Source: an uncultured Alphaproteobacteria bacterium | GTDB lineage: Bacteria > Pseudomonadota > Alphaproteobacteria > Caulobacterales > Hyphomonadaceae | DNA: 64,000 nt | Direction: 5' to 3' | Assembly (NCBI GenBank): GCA_903842595.1 | Contig: CAIMMO010000217.1 | Coordinates: 588-64,587 of the forward strand | Notes under the pieces: model-generated | What the model saw: only the letters and a program-made list of their open reading frames with translations | The model's database searches: none | What the model was told of the DNA's origin: nothing | Made by a program: the position numbers and the translations under genes | Shown: positions 9,208 to 18,821 of the stretch, one piece after another | How the letters are laid out: each line of letters begins with the position of its first letter | How positions within the stretch are numbered: position 1 is the stretch's first letter

Positions 9208-9708
9208 TTGAGCGCCTCGACAGACTCCGGCCCCGTGATCCCCCGCGAGTCCCGCCCGCGCGCCTACGCTGGCGTCGAGCTATTGCTGGAACTAATGCAT
9301 ATCCTGCGGGAAGCCACTCAGCTCGACCACGACTCGATCATAATCGCCTGCGTCGTGAACCACGCAACGATGCGTCCGCTGCTGACCGGGCCAGGCGCGC
9401 CGCTTGATCTGATCGACGCCGCCAATCCGCCAGATGGGGTGCGCGGATCGATATCGCGCTCATCAGTGGCGGACATCACCGGCATTCCTCGCGAGACCGT
9501 GCGCCGGAAGATCAACCACCTGATCGAGATCGGCATGCTGGTGGAAGCCGCGCCCGGACACGTTCGTCCTGTCGCCGCTCTTGCCAATCCAGTCTGGCAG
9601 AGGGTGGCTGACGATGGCTTCGCAGCGGTCAAGCGATTCAACAGGCAGCTTGCACAACTTGGCTGCGAAATCGCCTGCGATCACGAAGGAGCGGCGACGA
9701 CCGGATAG
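9208..9708 (+). CDS. putative winged-helix transcriptional regulator
   Basis: 166-aa ORF with a TTG start in the track. HTH-like segment ISRSSVADITGIPRETVRRKINHLIEIGML. Family uncertain. Confidence 0.5.
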   Translation: MSASTDSGPVIPRESRPRAYAGVELLLELMHILREATQLDHDSIIIACVVNHATMRPLLTGPGAPLDLIDAANPPDGVRGSISRSSVADITGIPRETVRRKINHLIEIGMLVEAAPGHVRPVAALANPVWQRVADDGFAAVKRFNRQLAQLGCEIACDHEGAATTG

Positions 9709-9815
9709 TTGGACGCGAGCCCGCTTTGACCGCTCACGGTCTGGCCTCGCCCCGCATCCGTGCTAGGGATGCCCGCAGAAACGACCCCTAAGACAACCAA
9801 TTGGGAGACCCTACC

Positions 9816-10943
9816 ATGGCGCTCGAGAACATTCAGCTTCGCTCGCAGGTCAGCAAATCCGGAGAACTCAGGCTCTCGCTGGTGAATCTCCCCGTCGCTG
9901 ACCCGGCCCCGGACGAAATCGTGGTCCGCATCGAAGGCACGCCGATCAACCCGTCCGACCTTGGCTTGCTCATCGGCCCTGCCGACGTCGCCACGCTCAA
10001 GGTCTCCGGCTCGAAGGAGCTGCCCGTCGTCACTGCCGCCGTGCCGGATCAGGCGCTGCGCATGGTCGCCGCCCGCCTCGACCAGGACCTGCCCGTCGGC
10101 AATGAAGGCGCCGGCACGGTCGTCGCCGCAGGCTCCTCGCCCGAAGCCCAGGCGCTGATGGGCAAGCTCGTCGCCATTCTCGGCGGTGAAATGTACGCCA
10201 CCTACCGCACCGTGAAAGCCAAGGCAGCCCTGCCGCTGCCCGCAGGCGCCACCGCAGCCGACGGCGCCTCCTGCTTCGTCAATCCGCTGACCGCGCTCGC
10301 CATGGTCAAGACGATGCAGATGGAGGGCCACACCGCCCTCGTCCACACGGCCGCCGCCTCCAACCTCGGCCAGATGCTGAACCGCATCTGCCTCAAGGAC
10401 GGCGTCGGTCTGGTCAACATCGTCCGCTCCGACGAGCAGGCGAAGATCCTGAAAGACATCGGCGCGACGTACATCGTCGACTCCACAAAGCCGACCTTCA
10501 TGGAAGACCTGATCGCCGCCCTCAGCGCCACCGGCGCCACGCTCGCCTTCGACGCCATCGGCGGCGGCAAGCTCGCCGGTCAGATCCTGGCGGCGATGGA
10601 GATCATGCTGAACTCCAGGCCGGGAGCCTACAGTCGCTACGGCTCGTCCACGCACAAGCAGGTCTACATCTACGGCCGCCTCAGCCTCGAGCCCACCATC
10701 CTCGGCGCAGCCTACGGCATGGCGTGGGGCGTGGGTGGATTCCTGCTGACGCCCTTCCTGCAGAAGGTCGGCAACGAGGAAGCAGGCAAGCTGCGCGCGC
10801 GCGTCGCGGCCGAGCTGAAAACCACCTTCGCCAGCCACTACACCCGCACGATCTCGCTGCGCGATGCCCTCGATCCGGAAACCATCCGCGCCTACAACCG
10901 CAAGGCGACCGGCGAGAAGTTCCTGATCAACCCCAGCCTCTGA
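9816..10943 (+). CDS. medium-chain dehydrogenase/reductase (zinc-ADH/quinone-oxidoreductase-like)
   Basis: Trimmed to ATG 9816, with GGGAGA upstream. GroES-like N-domain and a Rossmann region (LVHTAAASNLGQM). About 375 aa. Confidence 0.8.
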   Translation: MALENIQLRSQVSKSGELRLSLVNLPVADPAPDEIVVRIEGTPINPSDLGLLIGPADVATLKVSGSKELPVVTAAVPDQALRMVAARLDQDLPVGNEGAGTVVAAGSSPEAQALMGKLVAILGGEMYATYRTVKAKAALPLPAGATAADGASCFVNPLTALAMVKTMQMEGHTALVHTAAASNLGQMLNRICLKDGVGLVNIVRSDEQAKILKDIGATYIVDSTKPTFMEDLIAALSATGATLAFDAIGGGKLAGQILAAMEIMLNSRPGAYSRYGSSTHKQVYIYGRLSLEPTILGAAYGMAWGVGGFLLTPFLQKVGNEEAGKLRARVAAELKTTFASHYTRTISLRDALDPETIRAYNRKATGEKFLINPSL

Positions 10944-11053
10944 GGCGCTGCGCCGCCTTCCCCTGATCCCGCAGCGTGCTAAAGAAGCGCCGCTGCGTGA
11001 AACCCCGCAAGCCGTCACAGAACGGCTGCGGGCTACCGGGGAAGGAAGCCGAC

Positions 11054-12745
11054 GTGTTGACCAGAGATCAGGCGCTTGCGCTGCTGACCGCGCCCGGCCA
11101 GCCCTTCGAGATCGTTGAGACCAAGGCGCTCGGCCGCGACGTCCGCACGTTCGGGAATGCGCCACGCAACATGCGTCAGCTGCTTGCGGAAACGCGCAGC
11201 GACAAGCCCTTCCTCGTCTACGAAGGCGAGACGCTGACGTTCGAGGAGACCTGGCAACGCGCCTGCACGCTCGCGCATTCGCTGGTGAAGGATTTCGGCG
11301 TCGCCCGCGGCGACCGCGTTGCCGTCTCGATGCGCAACTATCCCGAGTGGATCATCAGCTACATGGCCGTCGCGTCCATCGGCGGCATGTTCGTCGCGAT
11401 GAACGCCCTGTGGACCGCCGACGAAATGGCCTACGGCCTCAATCTGTCCGCGCCGCGCGTCTTCATCGCAGATCAGGAACGCCTCGACCGTCTCACCGCG
11501 CTTCCTGCACCGCCCGCCAGCTTCGACATCATCGGCGTCCGCACTACGAAGCCGCCTCCCGCCGGCGCAAAAGCATGGGCCGACCTCGTCCACGCGCCCT
11601 ACACATCAGACATGCCGGACATCGACGTTGCCCCCGACGACGATCTCCACATGCTTTTCACCTCGGGCTCCACCGGCAACCCGAAAGGCGCCGTGTCCAC
11701 CCACCGCAATGTGATCCATGCGTTGCTGTCATGGGAGCTCGACCTGCTCGCAGCATTCGAGATCGGGCTTCTTGCGCGCCCCCCGACTGACCCGCCGCCG
11801 CCGCAATCCACCATGCTGCTGGCGATCCCGCTCTTCCATGTCACCGGCCTGCTGGCCTGCACAATGTCCTGCCTTCGCTACCAGCGCCGCATCGTGATGA
11901 TGTACAAGTGGGACGTCGAGAAAGGCGCCGACATCATCGAGCGTGACGGCATCACCCACATGACCGCCACGCCTGCCATCACGGGTGACCTCGTCGCCTA
12001 TTCGCGACGCACCGGCCGCAAGTTCCCGAGCCTCATCACCATCGGGGGCGGTGGCGCCTCACGTGCGCCCGAACAGGTCCGCGCGATCGACAGCGTCTTC
12101 GAGAAGGCCTTCCCCGGCACCGGCTGGGGCATGACCGAGACCAACGCCATCGGCGTCGGCATTGCGGCGGGCGACTACCTCCGCAAGCCCGAAAGCTCCG
12201 GCCGCGTCTCCGCGGTGCTCGACATCCGCGTGGTGGATGAAAGCAACAGATCTGTCCCGCCTGGCGAGCGCGGCGAACTCCAGATCCGCGGCGCATCGAT
12301 CATGCGCGGCTACTACCAGAACCCGAAAGCCAACGCCGAGAACTTCGTCGACGGCGACTGGTTCAAGACGGGCGACGTCGCCATCATCGACGACGAGGGT
12401 TTCGTCTTCATCGTCGACCGCATCAAGGACCTCGTCATCCGCGGCGGCGAGAATATCGGCTGCGGCGCGGTCGAATACGCCCTGCAGGAACATCCTGCCG
12501 TGGAAGAAGCCTGCGTCTACGGCGTGCCCGACGAACGCCTCGGCGAGGAAGTCGGCGCCACGCTGTACATCAGCCGACCCGTCTCGGATCCGGAGCTGCG
12601 GGCCTTCCTCGAAGCCCGCCTCGCGAAATTCCAGATCCCGCGCTACTTCCGCTTTACGACAGAACCGCTTCCCCGCGGCGCCACGGGCAAGATCCTGAAG
12701 AAGGACCTCCGCGCGCAGGCCGCGAAGGAGCTGGCGGGCAGTTGA
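11054..12745 (+). CDS. AMP-dependent acyl-CoA synthetase/ligase
   Basis: AMP-binding motif LFTSGSTGNPKGA, plus GWGMTE, YKTGD-like FKTGDVA, and C-terminal GKILKKDLR. The start is set at GTG 11054 after GGAAGGAAG; the track ORF begins at 10976. Confidence 0.85.
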   Translation: MLTRDQALALLTAPGQPFEIVETKALGRDVRTFGNAPRNMRQLLAETRSDKPFLVYEGETLTFEETWQRACTLAHSLVKDFGVARGDRVAVSMRNYPEWIISYMAVASIGGMFVAMNALWTADEMAYGLNLSAPRVFIADQERLDRLTALPAPPASFDIIGVRTTKPPPAGAKAWADLVHAPYTSDMPDIDVAPDDDLHMLFTSGSTGNPKGAVSTHRNVIHALLSWELDLLAAFEIGLLARPPTDPPPPQSTMLLAIPLFHVTGLLACTMSCLRYQRRIVMMYKWDVEKGADIIERDGITHMTATPAITGDLVAYSRRTGRKFPSLITIGGGGASRAPEQVRAIDSVFEKAFPGTGWGMTETNAIGVGIAAGDYLRKPESSGRVSAVLDIRVVDESNRSVPPGERGELQIRGASIMRGYYQNPKANAENFVDGDWFKTGDVAIIDDEGFVFIVDRIKDLVIRGGENIGCGAVEYALQEHPAVEEACVYGVPDERLGEEVGATLYISRPVSDPELRAFLEARLAKFQIPRYFRFTTEPLPRGATGKILKKDLRAQAAKELAGS

Positions 12746-12839
12746 GGAAACGCCATCCCTCGACTGCAAAGCAGGCGGGGGAGGTGGCGGCAAAGTCCGA
12801 CGGAGGGGGCTGCGCGACACGTGGGCGGTTGTCGGACGC

Positions 12840-13283
12840 TCACGAATAGCTCACCACCTCAATCTCGACGCCGCCCCGCTCGCGAAAGTAGAAGCGGCGA
12901 CCGGGCTCATAGTCGGCGTGTGCGTAGGGTTGGTATCCCGCCGCGCGGACTTTTGTCTCTGTCGCGTCGAGATCACCCACGCACACACCGACATGGTTGG
13001 GCTGCCCCACGCCGGCGGCCTCAGCGAGCGCTTCTGGCGGCGTGTAGAGCGCCACATAGGTTCCGTCGGCTCCGACATGGATGGAATGACCGCCCAACTT
13101 GGCCGGTCCCTCCCAGCGGATATGCCAACCGAAGATCTTCACGAACGCATCCGCAGTGTCTCGCGCAGATGTCGTGGTCACGTTCACATGTTCAAGTACC
13201 GCCTGCCCGGCAAAGTCATCCACCGTCTCGCGCATCCGCGCGCCCGGAAAGGATGAACCGGACGTCTTCGCCGTATCAGCCAT
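12840..13283 (-). CDS. VOC (glyoxalase/bleomycin-resistance/dioxygenase) family protein
   Basis: 147 aa. Contains LEHVNV...HVGVCVGD...RFYFRERGGVEIEVVSY, a beta-alpha-beta-beta-beta module pattern. Sits directly behind a SoxR-type promoter. Confidence 0.8.
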   Translation of the reverse strand: MADTAKTSGSSFPGARMRETVDDFAGQAVLEHVNVTTTSARDTADAFVKIFGWHIRWEGPAKLGGHSIHVGADGTYVALYTPPEALAEAAGVGQPNHVGVCVGDLDATETKVRAAGYQPYAHADYEPGRRFYFRERGGVEIEVVSYS

Positions 13284-13339
13284 GGTCAGACCCTCCTTGT
13301 GGCCCCGTTTTGTGCGGGTTGCTTTTCCGACAGGTCTGA

Positions 13340-13370
13340 GTCGTAATTCCTCAACCTAACTTGAGGTCAA
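13340..13370 (-). promoter_or_regulatory. SoxR-dependent (MerR-type, 19-bp spacer) promoter with SoxR operator
   Basis: The minus strand reads TTGACC-TCAAGTTAGGTTGAGGAAT-TACGAC. The 18-bp inverted repeat CCTCAACCTAACTTGAGG (13349-13366) fills a 19-nt spacer between the -35 and -10 elements. This is near-identical in layout to the E. coli soxS promoter (TTTACCTCAAGTTAACTTGAGGAATTATACT, recalled). Confidence 0.7.
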
Positions 13371-13384
13371 GGGATTTTTGTCCG

Positions 13385-13858
13385 ATGGCTGAATCAGTTC
13401 CCCGCGAGGCCAACCAGATCATGTCCATCGGCGATCTCGCCGAGCGTACGGGCCTTGCCGTCTCGGCGATTCGTTTCTACGAGACAAAGGGGCTCGTCAC
13501 GCCCGCGCGCAACGCTGGCGGCCAGCGTCGCTACCTCCGGTCCGACATCCGCCGCATCTCCTTTATCCAGGTGTCGCAGCAGCTTGGCTTCACCATCGAG
13601 CAAATCCGGACCGCACTCGCAACGCTCCCTGCATCTCGAACGCCGACGCAAAAGGACTGGGAACGCATCAGCCGCAACTTCCGTGCTCACCTCGACGAGC
13701 GCATCAACTGCATGACCCGCCTGCGCGACTATCTCGACGGCTGCATCGGCTGCGGCTGTCTGAGCATGAAGAAATGCGCGCTCGTGAACCCGGCCGACGG
13801 TCTGAAGAAGTACGGCGCAGGGGCAAGAGCGGTGATCGGCGACAAGCTGGAGCGCTAG
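13385..13858 (+). CDS. soxR: redox-sensitive MerR-family activator SoxR
   Basis: MerR HTH (IGDLAERTGLAVSAIRFYETKGL) and the SoxR [2Fe-2S] cluster motif CIGCGCLSMKKCALVNP. The start is taken at ATG 13385; ATG 13421 is also possible. Confidence 0.9.
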   Translation: MAESVPREANQIMSIGDLAERTGLAVSAIRFYETKGLVTPARNAGGQRRYLRSDIRRISFIQVSQQLGFTIEQIRTALATLPASRTPTQKDWERISRNFRAHLDERINCMTRLRDYLDGCIGCGCLSMKKCALVNPADGLKKYGAGARAVIGDKLER

Positions 13859-13865
13859 CCTCAGC

Positions 13866-15236
13866 CTAAAGCGCCCCCTCAGGTTTATTGCCCGACTTCT
13901 TCGCAGCCGACTTCTCCGCCCGGAACGCCTTCGCCCAGCCGTCCTTGTTCGCCTGCCGCCCGCGCGCAATCGCGAGTGCATCAGCGGGGACGTTCTCAGT
14001 AACTGTGGAACCCGACCCGACATAGCCGCCCGCCCCAATCGTCACTGGCGCCACCAGCGATGAGTTCGAGCCCACAAACGCTCCTTCGCCTACCACCGTC
14101 CGATATTTGAAGAAGCCGTCGTAATTGCAGAAGATCGTCCCCGCGCCGATGTTCGCGCCTGCGCCCACGTCACCATCGCCCAGATACGATAGATGGTTTG
14201 CCTTGGCACCCTCACCCACGGTGACATTCTTCACCTCGACGAAGTTTCCGATGTGGGCGTCCTTTCCGATGACGGCCCCCGGGCGCAACCGCGCATACGG
14301 ACCCACCAGCGCGCCCGCGCCCACTTTCGCGCCTTCAAGATGCGAGAACGCGCGGATCACTGCGCCGCTCTCAACACTCACACCGGTCGCGAACACCACG
14401 TTCGGCTCGATCGTCACACCCGCCGCGATCTTCGTGTCGTGCGAGAAGAACACCGTCTCCGGCGCAGGAATGGTGACACCCGTCACCATCATCCGCTCCC
14501 GCACGCCGTCCTGGAACACCCGCTCGACCTGCGCCAGCTCTGCCTGGCTGTTGACGCCCTGCACGTCGCGCTCCTCGCACAGCGCCACGCCCGCCTTGAG
14601 CCCGCGGCAGCGCGCCAGCGCGACCAGATCGGTGAGATAGAACTCTCCCTTGGCGTTGTCGTTCTTCACCTCGGCCAGAAGCTCGAACATCAGCTTCACC
14701 GGCGCCGCCATCACGCCCGAATTGGCCAGCGCTATCTGCAGCTGCTCTTCGCTCGCATCATTCGCCTCGACGATGGCCTCGAGCGCGCCATCGCCCGTCG
14801 TCACCAGCCGGCCATACCTGTTCGGCAGCCTGGCCTCGAAGCCAAGCACGCATACGCTCGCGCCTTTGCCGAGTTCTGCAAACGCCCGCTCGCCCGCCTC
14901 CGCCGGGATCAGCGGCGTGTCCGCATACAGCACGATCGCCTCGCCATCGGCCCCGCTCAGCGCCTGCCGCGCCGCATCGACGGCGTTCGCCGTCCCCAGC
15001 TGCTCGCGCTGCACGACGACATTCTCCGCTCCCACGAGCTTCGCCGCCGCCCCGCTCAGCTGCGGCATGTCCGGCCCGACCACCACGACCGACCGCCTGC
15101 ACCCCAGCTCATTCGCCAGTGCGACGCTCCACGCCAGCATCGACCGGCCGCCGATCTCGTGCAGCACCTTGGGGCGCGGAGATTTCATCCGCGTGCCCTT
15201 GCCCGCTGCCAGGATGATTGCGAAACGGTCGGCCAT
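13866..15236 (-). CDS. glmU: bifunctional UDP-N-acetylglucosamine pyrophosphorylase / glucosamine-1-phosphate N-acetyltransferase
   Basis: Trimmed to ATG 15236 (MADRFAIILAAGKGTRMKS). C-terminal left-handed beta-helix hexapeptide repeats. 456 aa. Confidence 0.9.
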   Translation of the reverse strand: MADRFAIILAAGKGTRMKSPRPKVLHEIGGRSMLAWSVALANELGCRRSVVVVGPDMPQLSGAAAKLVGAENVVVQREQLGTANAVDAARQALSGADGEAIVLYADTPLIPAEAGERAFAELGKGASVCVLGFEARLPNRYGRLVTTGDGALEAIVEANDASEEQLQIALANSGVMAAPVKLMFELLAEVKNDNAKGEFYLTDLVALARCRGLKAGVALCEERDVQGVNSQAELAQVERVFQDGVRERMMVTGVTIPAPETVFFSHDTKIAAGVTIEPNVVFATGVSVESGAVIRAFSHLEGAKVGAGALVGPYARLRPGAVIGKDAHIGNFVEVKNVTVGEGAKANHLSYLGDGDVGAGANIGAGTIFCNYDGFFKYRTVVGEGAFVGSNSSLVAPVTIGAGGYVGSGSTVTENVPADALAIARGRQANKDGWAKAFRAEKSAAKKSGNKPEGAL

Positions 15237-15277
15237 GGCCTGTCCTTCAGGGTCGAATCCAGTCCGCCCTGAGTACC

Positions 15278-15958
15278 ATGACAAACCTGTCCGGCTACAC
15301 CATCGCCTTTGACCTCGACGGCACGCTGGTCGAGACGGCAGGCGACATCCACGCCGCACTGAACAAGGTTCTGGCCGCCGAAGGGCTACCCACCGCCACG
15401 CTGGAGGATATCCGGAATTTCGTTGGCCAGGGCGCCCGCGCCCTCATTATCCGATGCTGCGCCGTCCACGGCATCCACCACGACGACGCCAGGCTGGACC
15501 AGCTGACGGAAGCCTATCTCGAGGCCTACGCCGCAGACATCGCGGTGCACTCCCACGCCTATCCCGGTCTGGTCGAAGCGCTGTTCAGGCTGCGAGACGC
15601 CGGTGCGATGCTTTGCGTCTGCACCAACAAGCGGACGGACCTGTCCGTCCAGCTCCTGGTCGTCCTTGGTCTAGACCACCATTTCGCGGCCATCGTCGGG
15701 TCAGACCGCGTCACAAACCGCAAGCCACACCCTGACCACTATACAAAGGCCATACTGGCGGCCGGCGGCGATCCATCGCGCTCCGCCATGGTCGGCGATT
15801 CGATCAACGACGTGCTGTCGGCAAAGGCCGCTGGCGCCCCCGTCGCGGTGTATGCAGACGGCTATACGGACACGGCGCCGGACCTGTTAGGGGCCGACGC
15901 CGTGTTTACGCACTTCACTGACCTTCCGGACCTTCTGGTCCGTCTGCTGAAACCTTAG
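15278..15958 (+). CDS. gph: HAD-family phosphoglycolate phosphatase-like hydrolase
   Basis: Trimmed to ATG 15278 (MTNLSGYTIAFDLDGTLVET). HAD motifs DLDGT, CTNK and GDSINDV. Confidence 0.7.
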   Translation: MTNLSGYTIAFDLDGTLVETAGDIHAALNKVLAAEGLPTATLEDIRNFVGQGARALIIRCCAVHGIHHDDARLDQLTEAYLEAYAADIAVHSHAYPGLVEALFRLRDAGAMLCVCTNKRTDLSVQLLVVLGLDHHFAAIVGSDRVTNRKPHPDHYTKAILAAGGDPSRSAMVGDSINDVLSAKAAGAPVAVYADGYTDTAPDLLGADAVFTHFTDLPDLLVRLLKP

Positions 15959-16194
15959 CCCATCCCGCGGGCGAAACCTGCGGGCTTGCCCGGCTCCGGG
16001 CGCGCGCTTTTCTTGCGCGGCGGCATCCCGTTGACCATGTTGCTCCGCACGTCGGTGCGGGCGGAACGCATGGCGGGGACGAAGCCGGCATCGATCAGAT
16101 TGATCGAAACATCGAAACCGCGATTGGTCCAATATTCCTCAATCTTGGCCTTCAGCTTGCGCGCGCCGTCATTGTCACAAAAGTCGCTGTTCAT
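15955..16194 (-). CDS. small hypothetical protein
   Basis: ATG 16194 (MNSDFCDNDGARKLKAKIEEYW...) with GGAG 8 nt upstream. High GC3. The stop overlaps the convergent gph stop by 4 nt. Confidence 0.55.
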   Translation of the reverse strand: MNSDFCDNDGARKLKAKIEEYWTNRGFDVSINLIDAGFVPAMRSARTDVRSNMVNGMPPRKKSARPEPGKPAGFARGMG

Positions 16195-16559
16195 TTGGTT
16201 CGCTCCAGACACCTTGTGGGGCGCTTCTGACGCAACAGCGCCAATCGGCCCCGGTAGGTCCCTCAGTTCTCGCCCCCCGCTTTGCAGTGTCGGCGTGAAG
16301 TCAACCTAGGAATGCAGTTGAGGCGGCGCATGAAGCAGCTGAGGTATTTTGAAGATCAATTGTGGCAGGGGGTTAAAACGCGCCACGGTTACCCCAACAT
16401 CCGTTCATAAAGCCCGTAAAGCCCAGCAAAACAGCGACCGGGGCCAGGCAGGCCAAAACCGCGACAGCCCGCCGCACCCGACTCGGATCGACGAGCTCAC
16501 CTCGTGCTTTTCCCTCGCGCGTCAGAAAAGGCCGGCTTGCCGCGCCGTAGCACAAAGGC

Positions 16560-16634
16560 TGGTGGGCGATGCAGGGATTGAACCTGCGACCCCTCCCGTG
16601 TGAAGGGAGTGCTCTCCCGCTGAGCTAATCGCCC
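16560..16634 (-). tRNA. tRNA-Val (anticodon CAC)
   Basis: The minus strand is GGGCGATTAGCTCAGCGGGAGAGCACTCCCTTCACACGGGAGGGGTCGCAGGTTCAATCCCTGCATCGCCCACCA. It folds by hand into a 75-nt cloverleaf with anticodon loop TTCACAC and an encoded CCA. Confidence 0.9.
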
Positions 16635-16668
16635 GGACCCGCATTGGGACCCAGTTTTGGGAGCGGGT

Positions 16669-16697
16669 TCATAGGCCCCCTCGCCGCGACGCGTCAA
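16669..16697 (-). promoter_or_regulatory. putative sigma-70-type promoter for tRNA-Val
   Basis: The minus strand has TTGACG, a 17-nt spacer and CTATGA, about 35 nt upstream of the tRNA 5' end. Pattern match only. Confidence 0.3.
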
Positions 16698-16855
16698 GGT
16701 TTAGCCGGCCGGGAACCCTTGGTGTCCGTGTTGTGATGCCCGGCGCCGCCTGCCCCAGGGGGTTTCTCGTGGACACGAGGCTTTCCTTTTGGGAAGGCTG
16801 CGACCCAAGCGGGTTACAAACCAGAAAAATCCGCAAAACCGGGAGGGAAGTCGGG

Positions 16856-18394
16856 ATGGCGTTTCTATCGCCAAGCAAGATCACGACCATGGAGCACGCC
16901 AGGAAGCACCGCACCTGGGCGCTCTGGATCATGGTGATCGTCTACATTTTCAATTTCATCGACCGCCAGATCGTCAACATCCTGCAGGAAGACATCAAGG
17001 CCGACCTCGGCCTGCTTGACTGGCAGCTCGGCACGATGACCGGGCTGACCTTCGCGATCGTCTACTGCACCTTCGGCATTCCGGTCGCCCGCATCGCGGA
17101 CTCGACGAGCCGCAAAGGTGTCATGGCCGTCTCGCTGGCGGTCTGGAGCGGCTTCACAGCGCTTTGCGGCCTCGCCACCAACTTCTGGACCCTGCTGCTG
17201 GCCCGCATGGGCGTCGGCCTCGGCGAGGCCGGCGGCAGCCCGCCCGCGCACGCCATGATCTCTGACCTTTACGAAAAAGAGAAGCGCGGCCGCGCCCTCG
17301 CTCTCTACTCCGCCGGCCTCTATGCCGGCACGCTGCTCGGCTATTATCTTGGCGGCTGGCTGTCAGAAGCGATGAGCTGGCGCGAAGCCTTCTTCGTCGT
17401 CGGCATCCCGGGTGTTATCTTCGCGATCATCGTCTGGACGACCGTTCGCGAGCCCGTCCGCGGTCTTTCGGGCACCAAGCCGTCGACCCAGAAGGTCACC
17501 TTCATCGAGTCGTTCAAGAAACTCTGGTCGCTGAAGGCGTTCCGCTATTACTCGATCGCCACCGGCGCGGGCACCTTCGTTACCTACGGTCTCGGCAACT
17601 GGATGCCGTCCTTCCTGCCGCGCACCTATGGCGTGCTCGATCCGGAAACGATGAAGTATGTCGGCGCCTGGAGCATGCCGGAGATGCAGGCCTTCTTCGG
17701 CATGTGCCAGACCTCCATGGTCGATGGCGTCAGAACACTCGCTGCTGACTGCACGCGCATGAGCACGACCGAGATCGGCCTCATGTACGGCACCGTCACC
17801 GGTATTGGCGGCGCGATCGGCACCATCGCGGGCGGCTACATCGCCGACCGTCTCGGAGCCACGGATCGCCGCTGGTTCCTCTGGGTTCCGATGTGGGGCA
17901 AGGTTGTCGGCGCTCCGCTGTTCATCTGCGCCCTGCTGGCCCCGACGCCGGAGCTCGCGCTCCTGCTGTACTTCCCGGGCATCACGCTGGCCGCGATGTA
18001 TCTCGGGCCATCACTTGCGATCACCCACCACCTTGTGCCCGCCTCGATGCGCGCCATGTCGTCCGCCGTGCTGTTCTTCATCCTGAACATCATCGGCCTC
18101 GGCACCGGTCCGTTCGTGGTCGGCATCCTGTCTGACGCGGTCGGCGGCTCCGCTGCATCGATCGCCGAAGCTGCTCCGTGGATCGGCACGACGGTCGAAG
18201 AGGTGAAGCAGTGGTCGCTCAAATGGGCGATGATCGCCGCGGTTATCATCACCCTGCCGCTGACCTATCTCTGGCACATGGGCGCCAAAGTGCTCCCGGT
18301 CGGCGCGCTGGACGAAGACGGCAACGCCACGAAGGAAGCCCTCACTGAGGGCGACCCCAAGGGCCAAACACAGACCACCGGCCCCTCGGCCTGA
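16856..18394 (+). CDS. MFS transporter (Spinster-like)
   Basis: Trimmed to ATG 16856 after GGGAGGGAAG. 12-TM-like hydrophobic pattern. MFS signature GIPVARIADSTSRKG between TM2 and TM3. Confidence 0.85.
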   Translation: MAFLSPSKITTMEHARKHRTWALWIMVIVYIFNFIDRQIVNILQEDIKADLGLLDWQLGTMTGLTFAIVYCTFGIPVARIADSTSRKGVMAVSLAVWSGFTALCGLATNFWTLLLARMGVGLGEAGGSPPAHAMISDLYEKEKRGRALALYSAGLYAGTLLGYYLGGWLSEAMSWREAFFVVGIPGVIFAIIVWTTVREPVRGLSGTKPSTQKVTFIESFKKLWSLKAFRYYSIATGAGTFVTYGLGNWMPSFLPRTYGVLDPETMKYVGAWSMPEMQAFFGMCQTSMVDGVRTLAADCTRMSTTEIGLMYGTVTGIGGAIGTIAGGYIADRLGATDRRWFLWVPMWGKVVGAPLFICALLAPTPELALLLYFPGITLAAMYLGPSLAITHHLVPASMRAMSSAVLFFILNIIGLGTGPFVVGILSDAVGGSAASIAEAAPWIGTTVEEVKQWSLKWAMIAAVIITLPLTYLWHMGAKVLPVGALDEDGNATKEALTEGDPKGQTQTTGPSA

Positions 18395-18411
18395 TCACCT
18401 GAAAATCGCGG

Positions 18412-18445
18412 AAGGCCCGGCCACAAGCCGGGCCTTTTGCTTTTG
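18412..18445 (+). terminator. rho-independent terminator after the MFS gene
   Basis: A perfect 10-bp stem AAGGCCCGGC / GCCGGGCCTT with loop CACAA, followed by TTGCTTTTG. It starts 18 nt after the stop codon. Confidence 0.7.
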
Positions 18446-18521
18446 CAGAAGGCGGCGAGTCTGGGGAAGAAACACTGGCGCCAGATCGGCGGGGGGTATT
18501 TGCTGACTTACACTGGTCTGC

Positions 18522-18725
18522 ATGACACGGGCGCGAAACCGCACAGACGGCCTCGACAACCCACAGCTCATCCGTATTTTGCTGGAGGCTTTGCGGTACG
18601 CGCGCGTGAGCCTCGCGCAAGGCGCAGGCTCAGCACTCGGGATGATCTTCAACCGCTCGTACCGTACCTCGCACACGCAGACCGCGCGCGAAGACCTGCG
18701 CCAGGTGCGTGCATCGTGCGCGTAG
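18522..18725 (+). CDS. possible small ORF (67 aa), hypothetical
   Basis: The only ORF with coding-like GC3 (roughly three quarters G/C by eye) in an otherwise empty ~380-bp gap. No clear SD and no recognisable family. Confidence 0.25.
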   Translation: MTRARNRTDGLDNPQLIRILLEALRYARVSLAQGAGSALGMIFNRSYRTSHTQTAREDLRQVRASCA

Positions 18726-18821
18726 TTGCCCCCGTCCGGGAGAGGACAACACAAGCGCACGCCTGCCCGGCAGCGCGCCAAACCTCCCAGCCCCGGCCCC
18801 GCGCGGCGGGGACCGCGCGCC

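Noticed and set aside
9681-11165. A 494-aa minus-strand ORF, with similar giants at 25226..27424 (+, 732 aa), 38436..40364 (-, 642 aa), 56413..57564 (+), 51480..52523 (+) and 47022..48011 (+).
   Set aside because: All lie antisense to well-supported genes, are Arg/Gly/His/Asp-rich with no motifs, and have the wrong codon-position GC pattern. They are typical stop-codon-poor shadow ORFs of a high-GC genome.
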